This document shows positions 36,770 to 50,179 of a stretch of DNA of 64,000 bases, piece by piece. The DNA is from Selaginella moellendorffii. Taxonomy: Eukaryota > Plantae > Lycopodiophyta. Under the pieces are notes generated by a model. That model saw only the letters and a program-made list of their open reading frames with translations, ran no database searches and was not told the DNA's origin. The translations under genes were made by a program, and so were the position numbers. The stretch is from the NCBI RefSeq assembly GCF_000143415.4, contig NW_003314269.1, positions 2,907,060 to 2,971,059 of the forward strand, read 5' to 3'. The number at the start of each line of letters is the position of its first letter. Position 1 is the first letter of the stretch.

Positions 36770-37348
36770 ATGGCTCGGATAGAATGCAGGAAGATTGTAG
36801 TCGTGGCGGTGGTAGTGGCGATGGTGTTCTCAAGGTTGCAGCTGTGTAGCGCTCAGCAACGCTCCAGTCGTCGTCTCCAGGTCTCTCTCTCTCCAGCTCC
36901 ATCGCCAGCGCAAGCACAAGCACCATCCGAGTTCTCGATCGTCAAGCCACCCGCAGCGCTGCTAGAAGAAGACGATGACGATCACGAAAGGGACGAGAAC
37001 GAAGACCGCGAGAGGTCCCCGGCCCCATCTTTGCAAGCACAAGCGCCATCAATCGTCAAGCCTCCCGCAGCACTGCGAGAAGAAGACAGTGACGAGCACG
37101 AGAGGTCCCCGGCTCCATCTCCAGGGCCTGGCGTCAGTGTCAGCCGTGCCACCATCAATGAAGGAGTGATCAGGGCAGGGATAGCTTTGGTAGTGATCGT
37201 GGGAGTGGTATTTGGAGTAGCAGGGAGCTACGTCTACGTGACCAAGAGAGCCGAGAAAACCCGCCAACGAATGTTGCTACTTCGGCGCGAGAGGAGATTG
37301 TCCACGGATAGTTCTAGCATCAGTAGAATAGCAACAAGCTCCTGTTAA
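36770..37348 (+). CDS. Secreted AGP-like single-pass membrane protein with an internal duplication
   Basis: Signal peptide, SPAPSP motifs, two copies of QAQAPS..IVKPPAALxEEDxDxHER..SPAPS, TM helix, basic tail. Confidence 0.75.
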   Translation: MARIECRKIVVVAVVVAMVFSRLQLCSAQQRSSRRLQVSLSPAPSPAQAQAPSEFSIVKPPAALLEEDDDDHERDENEDRERSPAPSLQAQAPSIVKPPAALREEDSDEHERSPAPSPGPGVSVSRATINEGVIRAGIALVVIVGVVFGVAGSYVYVTKRAEKTRQRMLLLRRERRLSTDSSSISRIATSSC

Positions 37349-37511
37349 CACTGTAAGGAAGGACAGAGTGGTTTGATTCAATTGCAATCCAGAAATGAGC
37401 CTGGATTGCTTTCATAACCTTCTTACGTTATTTACGATGAAGGAGAGATGCAAAAATGCCTTGCCTGTTGGTTTCTATCTTGGCGTTGTCTACCAATGCT
37501 GATAAAACTGG

Positions 37512-38300
37512 TCACAGGGCCAACTTTCCTGCCAGATACCAGGAGTGGACGGCGAATCCTCCGAAACAGAAGAGATTCGCCAAAGAGGACAGGCCGTGAA
37601 CCATGCCAAACTTCTTGTTGATCTTGGCAAGGGCCGGGTTGCGCTTGGCCGCCTCCTTGTTCTTGGAGAGTCCAACTTCTTCTCCGATCGATTCTTCTCT
37701 CTCGATCTTGTGCCTCTCCTTCATTGTCTGCGCAGGTTTGTTTCAAAGAGAGATGAGAAAAAAAAGCTCTCGAGATGGATGACTTTTGACCTTGATTGTC
37801 ATGGGCTCGAAGACTAGTAGGTTGAGAAGCGTCGCCATCAGCGAGAAAACGAGAGCTCCGAGCTGCATCTTCTCGGCACTGGTGCTCGATCCCCAAGGGT
37901 GTAGCAGAGAAAACGCTCCAATACACGCAGTGGAACACACCGCTAGCATTTCGAAGTAGACGGGGAAGAGCTTCGACTGGAGATTCCCAAACTGGTGCCT
38001 TGGAAGATGCCTTTGAATCCAAAAGAAGTTTTTTTCCAGTCAGAGAATTCCTAGCCAGAAAGCGAGAAAGAATCGAGGCACTCACTTAAACATGATAATC
38101 CCGCCAATGAAAGTCACCCAGAGCGACGTCCCCCACGCCGTGGCAAATCCCAGGAGATGCACCATTCGCACCGCCAGAGCTCCGCCTCCAGCTGCCGCAT
38201 TCTTGCCCGCCGCCCAGCCACGGAGATGATCCCCAAGCGGCGAGAGCGCCAGGCCCAGCGCCAAGAACCCTAGCACAGACAAGAAGCGCGTGATCCACAT
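37512..38300 (-). CDS. TMEM205/DUF4149-like membrane protein (3 exons)
   Basis: HLLGFATAWGTSLWVTFIGGIIMFK, HLPRHQFGNLQSKLFPVYF, NLLVFEPMT, NKKFGMVHGLSSLANL. Confidence 0.88.
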
Positions 38301-38401
38301 ACTTGGGCGATAAAAAATTAGGGTTCTTGCTGTTGGTTCTTGCTGTTAAAACATTCAAATATTAGGGTTCTTGAGAGGACTAACGTTTTTTTAACACGTT
38401 T

Positions 38402-41400
38402 TTAGGAAGAACAACGAGCACAGTACCAGTCTCCCGCTGGAACTTTGTCCAGCGGCGGCTCCAGGCAAAACGTATGCGTCGCAACCTCGCAATCGTCTCC
38501 ATCGCAGAAGAGCATCACTTCTTCGCTATCTTTGCGACCGCAAACGTTGCAAGCTCGATCCATTTCTTCCTCCGCCACCACCGCCGCCGCTGCTCCTCCG
38601 CCACCATCACCCTCTTCTCCTCCTGACTGTTTGCGCGATGAGTATGACTTGATGGTGGCGAGCTTGGCGAGAGCTTTCTCCACCGCGGCCTCGGTGCTGA
38701 AGAGGACGTGCTTCTCCCAGCTCGCGGATGGATTGCACACGAACTCCACGAAGAACTCGTCCCTCACGCACGCCACCTTGCGCTTGAGGATCTCCACCAC
38801 GCGTGGATCGTTCTCGGGGATTCCCAGCCCGACGATCGCGAAGTCCACCCCGGTTGCTAGAGGAATTGTGTATGGTGGCTCCACCGCCACCACAGCTCCT
38901 CCTCCGGCCTTGATGGCGCGTTTGAGAGTATCCTGACGATCAAAGCTAAGAACCAAGGAACTAGAAAAGAAAGGAAGGCTCTTACCAAGGAGGGAAGAAT
39001 GCATTCTCCATACACGATCACTCTCAGTCCTTCGAAGGCACCACAGCCGGTTTCCTGCTTAGACAGCCGCCATTTCCTTGGAGCTCTCAGGTCGATCGTT
39101 CCGTCTTTTGCATCTCCTGGCTCGAACCACTCGTATGGTTCCTCGTCGACGAATCTTCTGGCCTTTGCACAAGCTTCCAGATAGTCGAACTTGAGTATCC
39201 ATCTGGAAGAGTGAGGTTAGAAAGCCGGGAGAATCGAGTATACCAACGTACCGTCCGGAAGCCAGAGCAGCGAAGAGTTTTTCGGTTCGCCGAAGCGGCG
39301 AGCCCATCACGCAGTGAGTCGTCTGCTCTTTCCAGATGTGGTCGTCCCTGCAGAGGTGGCCGTGGAGGCTCCGAATGACAAGCCTGTGCTTCCTCTTCTC
39401 CTCGGTATGTCCACTCAAAGCGAACCGATAGTCTTTTGTTGTTTCTGGGATTATCGGCTTCGACTTCTTCGGTCGTCCTCTTCCCCGCTTTACAGGTACT
39501 TCGGCAGCTTCTTTTGCAGCTTCGTCTTTTTTCTCTTCCTCATCATCAAGATTTATGACGTCCGTTTGCTTTTGTGCCTTGGGCTCGTTTGCAGGCTGAT
39601 GCCTCGACTCCACTGCATCGTCCTTGCTAGTTAATTTCTCAGCTGATCCCGATAAGGACTTTCTTCGAGTTCCATGTCCGTTTGCGTCCGTGATACTGTC
39701 CTTCGAACCGCTTCTGGTCAGCCTCCGGCTTTTGAAGCTCCCGTTCTTTTTGTTGTCCATGCCCATACCCGCTGCATTGTGTTTGCCACTTTTTTTGGCA
39801 GCCGATCCTGAAGTTACATTCCGTCAGCGAGAAAATTTACGCCAGCAAATGTGTACCTGACTTGGAGTGAGATGAGCTTCTCTCCGGCTCAATGTAGATC
39901 CTTTTGCCTGATCCTGCATTAACATTTCTCGACGTTGGAAAAGACCAAGAGAGACAGATTCATACCGTTACTGCTTTTTGACGGGGATTGTTTCACTGCA
40001 TCAGGACTCTGGCCATCCATAGTCCGGTCCGAGTGACGAGGCCGCGGCGAAAGATTACTTAAAGGCCTGCCTCTCTTCCTGATTGAATCCTCGCCAGTTT
40101 TTTTATGGTCGCTGGACGCCTCAAAACTTTTCCTCTTCTTCAAACTAGGAGATTCGCTTTCCCCTCCTGACAGCGACTCGTTCCTTGCATTACTCGGCAT
40201 CACCCTGTGCTCTGCTGATTTAGTAGCACGGTCGTTGCCGGTATCCATCACCCTTTGCTCTGCTAGTTTAGCAGCACTGTCGTTGACGGTATCCATCACC
40301 CTTTGTTTAGTAGCACTGTCGTTGCCGGTATCCATAGGTGAGCCCATGAACTTACTGGTGACGTTTTCACCCTCCACAACGCAGTCGTCTTCAGCCTCAC
40401 ACAGTTGCGTTGTAGCCTCTGAATCGACGTCAGGTGGATCCGGAGCGATTTCGGGAGGTGCAGCATTCGTCTCGTTTGGTTGCTCAGAAACTTGAGCGTC
40501 TTTAGCTTGTGCCTCAGCAATTTCCAGGTCGTGGCCACTGCAGTAGCACTCCAATTAGTTGCCCCATAATAAAGCTTCCACAATGCCCCACCTTATCCTG
40601 TAATTCGCCTCGTCCACTAAGGACCACGTCCTTAAACTACAGAAAGTTACTACCAGAAAGTTATATGCACAGGCAGACTAATATCGCCGAGCTTACCAAT
40701 CCTCAAGCCAGCGATGGTTCACAAGCTTTAATTTCATATGCTCCGCAAGCTCGTACTTGTCACCTGGTTACGAACGCAGAAGTTAGATTAAGTGCCAAAA
40801 CGCTAGAAACGTTTCACCTTCAAACTTGTAGCAGACCAGGTGAGTCACCTTCCTAGCATCTAACGGTTTCGTGAAAGATGCGCCCATCATAGCTACCATT
40901 GCCTGTTAAATCAAAAGGACAAGAAAAGTGTTTCATGCCCGTGCACAAAGAACAAAGAACTCCACCTCAATCTCTCGCCGAGACGCGCTTTGATATCCAG
41001 TCAAACAAACGCAGACTTTCTTAGCACCTGGGATCCCAGCCAGATCCCTGACGGGCATGTAAAGAACCTACGCAAGGTGAGAAGATTTTTTAGAGACCAC
41101 AAGGCAGCGAATGACGAAGAAAAACTTACGCTGTTTGCATTCTTTAACTCGCATTGCTCCAGAGAGTCCAGGACCCAGCTCTTGGTAACAAGAACCTTCC
41201 CATCTTTTCTAGCAGCAGCACAAATCGGATCGTCCTGCCAAGCGCGATGGATGAATCATAGAGATGGAATGATAAAATGCCTACATAGGTATGCTGCGAA
41301 ACGATGACATGGCTGCAAGAGCTCGAGTATTGGCCTGCATTGCTCGATCCATGCTGCTCCAGGGCATCGATGAACTGCACCACAGCGGCGGGGCGAGAAA

Positions 41401-41528
41401 TCGTGGCGGTCGCCAAAAATCTCACTCACCTGGCACTCCTCGGCGCGATCGAAGCCGGACAGGAAGAATCGCACGCCGCGAAAGAGCGTCGCAGTGGCGG
41501 CATAGTTGCCGCCACAAGACCCCACCAT
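38402..41528 (-). CDS. Multi-BRCT domain protein with C-terminal PHD finger (At4g02110-like)
   Basis: N-terminal BRCT (FRGVRFFLSGFD..CSHVIV), HCVMGSPLRRTEKLFAALASGRW BRCT, FEGLRVIVYG BRCT, and PHD CNVCGRKD..MLFCDGDDC..HTFCL..GDWYCARC. Confidence 0.88.
40197..40336 (-). repeat. In-frame coding tandem repeat (~39-48 bp x3) in the BRCT gene
   Basis: MDTGNDSATKQRV / MDTVNDSAAKLAEQRV / MDTGNDRATKSAEHRV. Confidence 0.85.
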
Positions 41529-41855
41529 TTCCCAAAGCCCTAGCGCAATTCAAACTGGAACTGGTTTGTTTAAATGTGATTTAACTTAAAAATATAATTA
41601 AGTATGATTTACAGTCCTGTTTATAAACGCTAAAGGATACTAATAATAATTAATTTCTTATTTTATCAAGACAAAGAAAAGGCCTTTTTCCCAAGTTCCA
41701 AAAGAACAGAAGAAAGCCATTTGTCATAGAATAGCTTTCTCTACCATTGTCTTTCTCAAATCTAAACAATGCTATGATTTTATCCTTATAAACAGAGATC
41801 ATGAGAAGCAAAGTATTGGCAATCTTGATTTAATACAAGCAATGAGATCACAGAC

Positions 41856-42270
41856 ATGATCATGTGAAGGAGCAGAGTATTGGCATTCTTAGTTTTGATT
41901 CTATATAGCTCTTCTACAACCCATGGTTATGATTGCTGCAGAAAAAATTTCTACCAAGACTTTCAGGTGTTTGTTGTGAACTGGTGTGGCAGTGACATGA
42001 ATCTCTTGTGTGAATCCAATGACGATAAGATTGGCCCTATTGTTCTACACGACAATGCTTTCACGCGCTGGGAATTCCAAATGAGATGGGATACTTGGGT
42101 TTTGGTGCACGGCTAAATGGAATGGTAAGACTGCCACTTTTACCGTCTTTGACAGGAGGGACAAGGAGCTGTGCAACTCAAACAATGCCATAAGATGGAA
42201 CATATATGGTTATGGTATTTACTATCAGGAAGATTCACGGGTTGTACGTGTTTTGCAAATAGTAACTTAG
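41856..42270 (+). pseudogene. S-protein homolog (SPH / self-incompatibility S1 family) pseudogene
   Basis: Signal peptide plus V.VVN..G.DMNLLCESNDDKIG..L....RWEF, then in a shifted frame FWCTAKWNGKTATFTVFDRRDKELC..RWNIYGYGIY. In-frame TGA at 41865 and frameshift at ~42099. Confidence 0.75.
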
Positions 42271-42799
42271 CCAACATAAAATGGAGGGATGCAAAACTCC
42301 TCCGAGACTGGTAAATTACCAGTGGTAATTGTGAAATGGGGCTTTTTCTGTACATAAATAATATTCAGAAATCGATTTATAGTTTTTTTGGATTGTTAAG
42401 ATTTTGCTATTTATCAAAATAAAGATTTTCTCAAATCTTAACTCCATGAATTGATATTCTCATGGATGATGGCCATGATCGCTTTAATGTGGACCGATGC
42501 TCCAGCCCAGGATGTGTCCAACCAGGTCTAAAATCCAACTTTAGGGCATCATGAATATTTATGAAGTTAGTTTTAAAAATATGTAATTATATATTAATAA
42601 ATATCAAATACAATACCTGGTTTTTATTTTTGTTAATGAGATACAGATGAGGCTTAAGATTTCCTGGAAGAATCAGTTTAGTGATTCATTAGATTTGAAG
42701 AAGTCTAACTAGCAGGGAGTTCATCATCTTCAACCAATCCCAAAAAGTTTTTTGTGTTTCACAAATCTCTAATGCTTTATAACTCTTTGCATCAATCAA

Positions 42800-43022
42800 T
42801 AATTCTGCCTAAGATGTTTAAGACTTAATTGTCTTATAATTCTAAGCGAAATCCAAAGATAATATACATAAAAAGATATTTTAGCTCGGTTTTTAGATTG
42901 ACAAAAACGTGATCTGCTGCAATGCACTTCCCCATAGACAATCAGTTCCATGCCATTCACTATTCGACCGTGCAATTGGCTAGGGCGATCATGACCATCG
43001 TCACCATTGCATAAGACTCCAT
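42800..43022 (-). pseudogene. Decayed tandem copy of the small peptide gene at 43483-43710
   Basis: 42806-42862 matches the 3' flank at 43384-43474. CAGTTCCATGCC is shared, and a residual signal-like MESYAMVTMVMIALANC ends in a stop. Confidence 0.5.
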
Positions 43023-43482
43023 CTGTCGCTAAAAAGGACTCTGGATTCTTCCTTGCATTTATAAAAAGAACCTTTTAGCCACAATATATAATTTTATATA
43101 AAATGGTATATTCGTCAAATGTTTCAAATAGTGAATATTGCATCGGGAAGTTCTCTTGATATCTTCTCAGATTCAATTATTTTTTTCATCATTGTATATC
43201 AAGTTTACAGCTTGTTTTTGTTTGAAATCGCAGCTGCTGGGTCAAGCCACAAAAACAATCTCATGTTTGGGAGTTTCTTTCTAGTTGCTCTTGTCACCTA
43301 TTGCTTAGAAGCTCCAAAGAACATCTCAAGCTACTTATGTATGGCAGGGATTTTTGCTGGAGCTACAGAGGAGGCGTGAATCAGCCTAAGATGGTTAAGA
43401 CTTGATTAAAGAAAAATTGTCTTATAACTCTGAGCGAGCTGTTCTTAAAAAGGCCAATTGAAATCCAAAGATATATCCAAAG

Positions 43483-43710
43483 TTACATCCAGACCCAGCT
43501 AAACATCAAACCCAGGAAACCAAGAATCATATCTTGCGGCATGAGTTTCGCAGCAGCAACAGCAGCGCTCTTCGAAGATTTACCAATTTGGGGCCGCCCT
43601 CCAGTTCCATGCCCATCACCTCCTTTAGCAGCAACCGCTCCAATCATCAAAACCATCGCAAATGCAAATGCCCAAATCACCGCCGCGCTCTTCCTCTGCT
43701 CCACCGCCAT
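43483..43710 (-). CDS. 75-aa secreted Gly-rich peptide with GPI-signal-like hydrophobic C-terminus
   Basis: MAVEQRKSAAVIWAFAFAMVLMIGAVAA signal, mature KGGDGHGTGGRPQIGKSSKS, small-residue site SAA, hydrophobic tail MILGFLGLMFSWVWM; TATA-like tract ~43778. Confidence 0.65.
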   Translation of the reverse strand: MAVEQRKSAAVIWAFAFAMVLMIGAVAAKGGDGHGTGGRPQIGKSSKSAAVAAAKLMPQDMILGFLGLMFSWVWM

Positions 43711-44045
43711 TCTCGATCTCCACACACCAAGCAAACAAGATAGGCTGCCACACAGATAACTTGAGGCAAATGCGCAGATATATATTCAATATGTCGACAG
43801 CTTAAAAGCTATCGTGCTCAATCATGAACTTCCAGATTCCATGGCCACTTACTTCACAACGAAGAGATTCGAGCTTGGAACTCGTTGACCCGCAAAACGA
43901 ACAATCTGACCGAACAAAAGAATGTGCCCTCCTTTGTCAAACTAGATTCCAAACCGCAAGAAAACACAAAATTTGTCTCCAACTTGATTGATCGTGCTTA
44001 GGTCCGGCCATCGCTCGGAGTTTCCCTGGCGACAAGAGTCTCTCA

Positions 44046-45437
<1,392 letters not shown>

Positions 45438-45624
45438 AAAGCAACTATATATATTCACTTTTGTGTTTTCAAATTTGGTTTATTATAATTATTATATTAA
45501 GCTCTTTTCATGCGTTTATAAGTAAAACAGGGACAATACATTATGCTTGGAGACAATCTTGCAGTGGAAGCAACTTTTTTAAGATGACGACTTGACACCA
45601 GCTTCTCCAGCTCCAATTCTCCAT

Positions 45625-46620
45625 GGCTTGCCGCGGGTCTAATCGCGAAAACACGAGGCTGTTGAGGTTGTAGGCACTGACGAGAAGTTAAGGTTTCACT
45701 GTCCAGACTTTCAGTGCTATGTTTCCGTCTCTGTGTTTGTCTGTCTCTCTCAGATTTTGACTTTCTTGATTGAATGACATGACAGGTCCGATTGAAGGAG
45801 TTTGGGTTTGATGATGCGTTCATTTACAAGAAAGGACTGGAATGCTAAGGTAACCGAACATCTTCTTGTCCATTCTCAAGTTTCTTGAGTGCTTCTATAA
45901 AGTTCTAGGCTGTTGACTGACGTCTACTTCGACAATGTTGGTGGCAAGATGCTGGAAGCCACCCTCAACCATCTCAATAGCCACGCTCGAATCCCAATTA
46001 GCGGGATGATTAATCCTAGCAGTGAATCCGGGGATGCCTGGATCCTGTATCATAGTTCTCGCAACATTGTCAATGTATTCTATGACCAGAAAGGAGAGAT
46101 AGTTTTCGCAAACAGCGAGCGAATATTCACCAAGCACGTCACGATATCCCCAGCTTTGTAGTCCACATTGTCTGAGGAAATCACTCTCGATACCGGGAGA
46201 ACCTTACAACAGGAAAAATGTGCGAGAAGACAGGAACAGGCTGAGCAAAATTAAGAAGATTAAGAATAAGAAGAGGAATAAGAATACCTTTCCAATTGTG
46301 AAGGGTGGGAAGTAGAGCACCTGATTTGTGCTGTGCATGCAAAGCCGGTTCCGTGGATCCGCCGAGAGCAGCAGATTCTTGATCTGGCCACAAGCGCCTC
46401 AAAATGGCGCGCCGTGCAAGCAAATCCAAAGTACTCGAGCTAGAATAGAGTAGCGAGATCGAGGCGATCAAGCCGGGAGTGCTTTTAAACGGTTTGGAAT
46501 CTTCTTTGACCAATCTACTTTGGAGGGAAATTGTTCGTTTCGTGGATCAATGGAAGTTCATGAGTGGATATCTTTGCATTTGCCTCCAAGTGGCAGTTTA
46601 TCTTGTTTGATCGGAGATTT
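45625..46620. pseudogene. Scrambled duplicate of the alkenal reductase: ~45625-46010 direct copy of ~44720-45105; ~46012-46620 inverted copy of ~43715-44650
   Basis: Direct: [31 protein letters not shown]. Inverted: EPALHAQHKSGALLP and PGFTA on the minus strand, plus a reverse-complement match to the upstream promoter region. Confidence 0.85.
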
Positions 46621-47181
46621 GCTTAAAATTTATTCTTAAAGTGTTTTATTTGAACTTTTTGGTTTATTATAACATGATATAAAGGTGGGTTGGCGATTTA
46701 TGCCGCCATTAAGATGCAATATTTTAGAACCTTAAAACACTGCTCAAAGTAATCACGACGTTTGTTTTAGTTTGTCTTCGGTTGTTTCATTTTAATTCGT
46801 TTTGATTTGTTTGTCTTCATTTAATTTCGTTTGATTTCGTTTTAATTCTTTGGAATTCACTTTGGTTTGTCTTCATTTGTAACTCGCTTTTAGCTTGCTT
46901 TACGAATTGCACGCCATAACTTCCTCCAGGTCTCCACGGATGTAGCAGCTGCTTCGCTATTTCATCACAGCTGATGTCTCGAATTTCGAGCTTCCTAGTC
47001 AGTGTTGTTTTCCTCGTGTTTCCACACCACCGCTGCTGGTTCTTCGTTCTCTAGGTAGGTAAAAAACTCTCAAATAGAAAAGTTCTCTGGAATAATAAAT
47101 ATATAATGTACAAAACACAGATTCCAGGCTTTGTGAAGAGAAAAGAGAGAGAGAAAAAAAGATTTTTCCAAAGTTTTTGGA

Positions 47182-49105
47182 TCAGTTATAAATCTCTGAT
47201 CTGCTGTTACTGGGAGACGTGTGAGTGCTGGGCCACTTGACTTGCACCGACGTGGGAGAATCCTCCTCCATGTTAGTGCTGGCCACACTCCTCTGCTTCC
47301 GGAGCTCGCCCGAACTTTGGTGCTCCAGCTTGAATCTCGACGATTTCTTGGAGCTGCTGGCGCTGATCGTCATGCTGCTAAGCTGCTCCAGCTCCCGGAC
47401 GACCTCCACCATGCTTGGCCTATCGTCCTTCTCCGCCGCCAAGCACCGAAACGCCACCTCCACCAGCCTCGTCAAGAGCTTCCAGTACTTGACGCTCAGG
47501 TCCGGATCGAAGAGCTCGTGTAACGCGCCCGAGTGGATCCGAGCGAGGGCCATGGATGCCAGGTTGATCTCCTTCTTGTCCCGCGTCATGTCCACGGCCT
47601 TCTTCCTGGAGATGAGCTCGAGGAGGACGACGCCAAAGCTGTAGACGTCGCTCTTGTCCGTCAGCTGGTAGCTCTCGTGGTAGTCCGGATCGAGGTAGCC
47701 GGGAGTTCCCTGGGGAGCCGTGGATATGTGCGTTGCGTCCAGGTGCGTGAGCCGGGAGAGCCCAAAGTCCGCCACCTTGGCCTTGAAATCCTTGTCCAGC
47801 AGAATGTTGGAAGTCTTCACGTCCCTGTGGTAGATCGGTGGCTTGACGTAGAAGTGCAGGTAGGCCAGTGCTTGAGCGGTTTCCAGTGCGATTGTGATCC
47901 GAGTCTCGAGAGAGAGCCCGTTTCCTTTCTCGCCGTGTAGGTGGTCGGCTAGAGTTCCATTGAGGACGAATTCGTAGACCAGCAGTAAGTCCCGGCCTTC
48001 GAGGCAGTAGCCGAGAAGCTGGACCAAGTTTGGATGCCGGACCTGTGAAAGAATGTTGACTTCGTTCTGAAACTGCTGGATTCCCTGCTTGTTTCCCTGG
48101 TTGAGTTTCTTGACCGCTACGATGCGACCGTCGGGGAGTTTGCCCTGGTAGACCGTGCTGAATCCTCCGCCTCCTAGAAGCCTGCTCTCGGCGAAGGATT
48201 TAGTTGCTGTTTTAAGCTCCCTGAACGTGAATACCATGGGAGTGTAGGCGCAGGTTGCGTCGGTGAGGATCTGTGCTCGGTCGCTGCGGCATCGCCTTCT
48301 CGCAGAGAGATGCCTCCTCCTTGCAACGAAGACGATCAAGCAGACAAGCACGAAGAGAAGCCCGGCACCAGATGCTCCACCTGATTCACAAAAGTGGAAT
48401 TCAGTCGCGAAAAACAAAAAAAAAATAAATCAAAATGTAAGCCACCTATGATGAACATGGTCTTTTTGGAGGACTTCTTACACCGGCAGCCTGGTAGGAC
48501 ATGATCAAAAGCATGTAAGAACGACATACAAACAAACAAAAGAGAAAGTATAAACCAAGGAAAAAAACACGACGTATCAAAGTACCTGGCGGGCAAGCTT
48601 TTCTCGAGCAAGATCCAAGCGTTGAGTTGCAACCGGCCGAAGAACACGAGTGCGGTGGTGGAGGAGTAGCGGTGGTGCTGACCGCCCTGGTCGACGGACC
48701 ATCCGCCTCGTTCCAGAAGAAAACTTGGACGGTGTTTTGGTTGGACTTGTTGAATGACGGCGAGAACGTAAAGAGCTTACACTTGACCGTCTCGCCCTCG
48801 CAGCTTGCGCAGCAGTGCTTCTCCTCTGACGATGGCGGCCCCTGGCAAAGGATATCGTTGACAGCGCAAGGCCTGCCACTGGGAGAATCGACGCTGGTCG
48901 GAGAATTTAAAGCGTCAGGAGCGTCAATGAAGAGGAAGGCCTCGTTTCTAAACGCCTGGAACGGTCCTATAGCGCCCTTGCAAGACTCGCAGGCTCTCGT
49001 GTGGATTTGTACACACGTCGCGTTGCATTCGTCCAGGCACCATGCCGCCCGCAACACGACCACCAATCCCAGCCACACTACCAATCCCTGCTGCTGCTGC
49101 TCCAT
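47182..49105 (-). CDS. Receptor-like Ser/Thr kinase, LRK10L/WAK-like (RD kinase) with Cys-rich ectodomain
   Basis: Signal peptide, Cys-rich region, TM helix, then LGGGGFSTVYQG, VAVKKL, HRDVKTSNILL, DFGLSRL, HISTAPQGTPGYLDPDY, SDVYSFGVVLLELIS. Confidence 0.92.
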
Positions 49106-49658
49106 CCCCCTATCCCTTCCCCTATCCTGTCCAAATCATGGGAGCTAGTGCTAGAGCTGGAACTAAGAATCCTCCAGAAGGACTGTAGCTGCGACACTAT
49201 TTCCTGGGAAGATGAGAACTATTTCTTGCCCGTGTCGACGATTCTATCGCAATGCCGAGTGGATCGGCGCCGCCTCCTGCGAAATCTAGGTAATCCGGAG
49301 CTCCGATCATCGATGAGTCGTCGGTGCTGGCGCCAGGCGATGTCTACTGACCTGATCTTTGGCGCGAAGCACCGCCAAGCAGCTGGAATCCATTCACGCC
49401 GCGGGCGCCGCGACGGTGGAAGGCCGCAAGAGGGGAGAAAAATCGAAGAAGGGTCTCCCTTGACTAGCCCAATGAATGAACAAGCACATCAAATGGACAG
49501 GGGCCACTATGGCTTGACTACTCCACCAAATCTAGAAACCCGCATTTTTCTAGCCTCGCTAAAATTGTAGTGGTAGCTAACTTTAGCGGCAAAGACCTAA
49601 CATTCTGCCGACGTGGCAGTGGTGACCTGGCGTTTTTGAGATTTAGGGTTCTTGGGCT

Positions 49659-50148
49659 ATGCCGCTCGTGGCGTGCGGGGTGTGGCTCCCTGGGAGCGAT
49701 GCTGCTGTGATCCGGCAGCAGTGCGTAAGATTTTGATATTGATTTGAAGCGCTCGATGATTGAATTGGGATTGCGGACAGGCAGAGCGTGGATCGCAAGA
49801 AATGCGGCCGGGCGATGAGAATGCTGGCGGAGATTTCGCTGTGGAGGGACGAGGAGGCGGCGGATGGGAAGGATGCGGAGGTGGAGGAGGGGATTTTCGA
49901 GTCGGTTGTGAAGCGTCCAGCGGCGGCGCCTCCACTGGGCGCAAGGACGAGATTTGTGGCTCAGGTACCAGTTAGAGGCTTGGTCCCCGAGAGATGGAGG
50001 GATTTGCAAGATGATCTCAACAGGACCAAGCGGCAGAAGAGGAGAGAGGTTCTCAAGGGGAGAAGGTCGAGGAGCAAGGAGGAAAAGGCTAAGCTACGGG
50101 AGAAGCTTGGCGAAATCATTGACGAGGCCATCCAACAGGAGAAGATCG

Positions 50149-50179
<31 letters not shown>

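Noticed and set aside
46760-46890. T-rich degenerate repeats (gtttgtcttc..tttaattcg)
   Set aside because: Low-complexity sequence with no supportable function.
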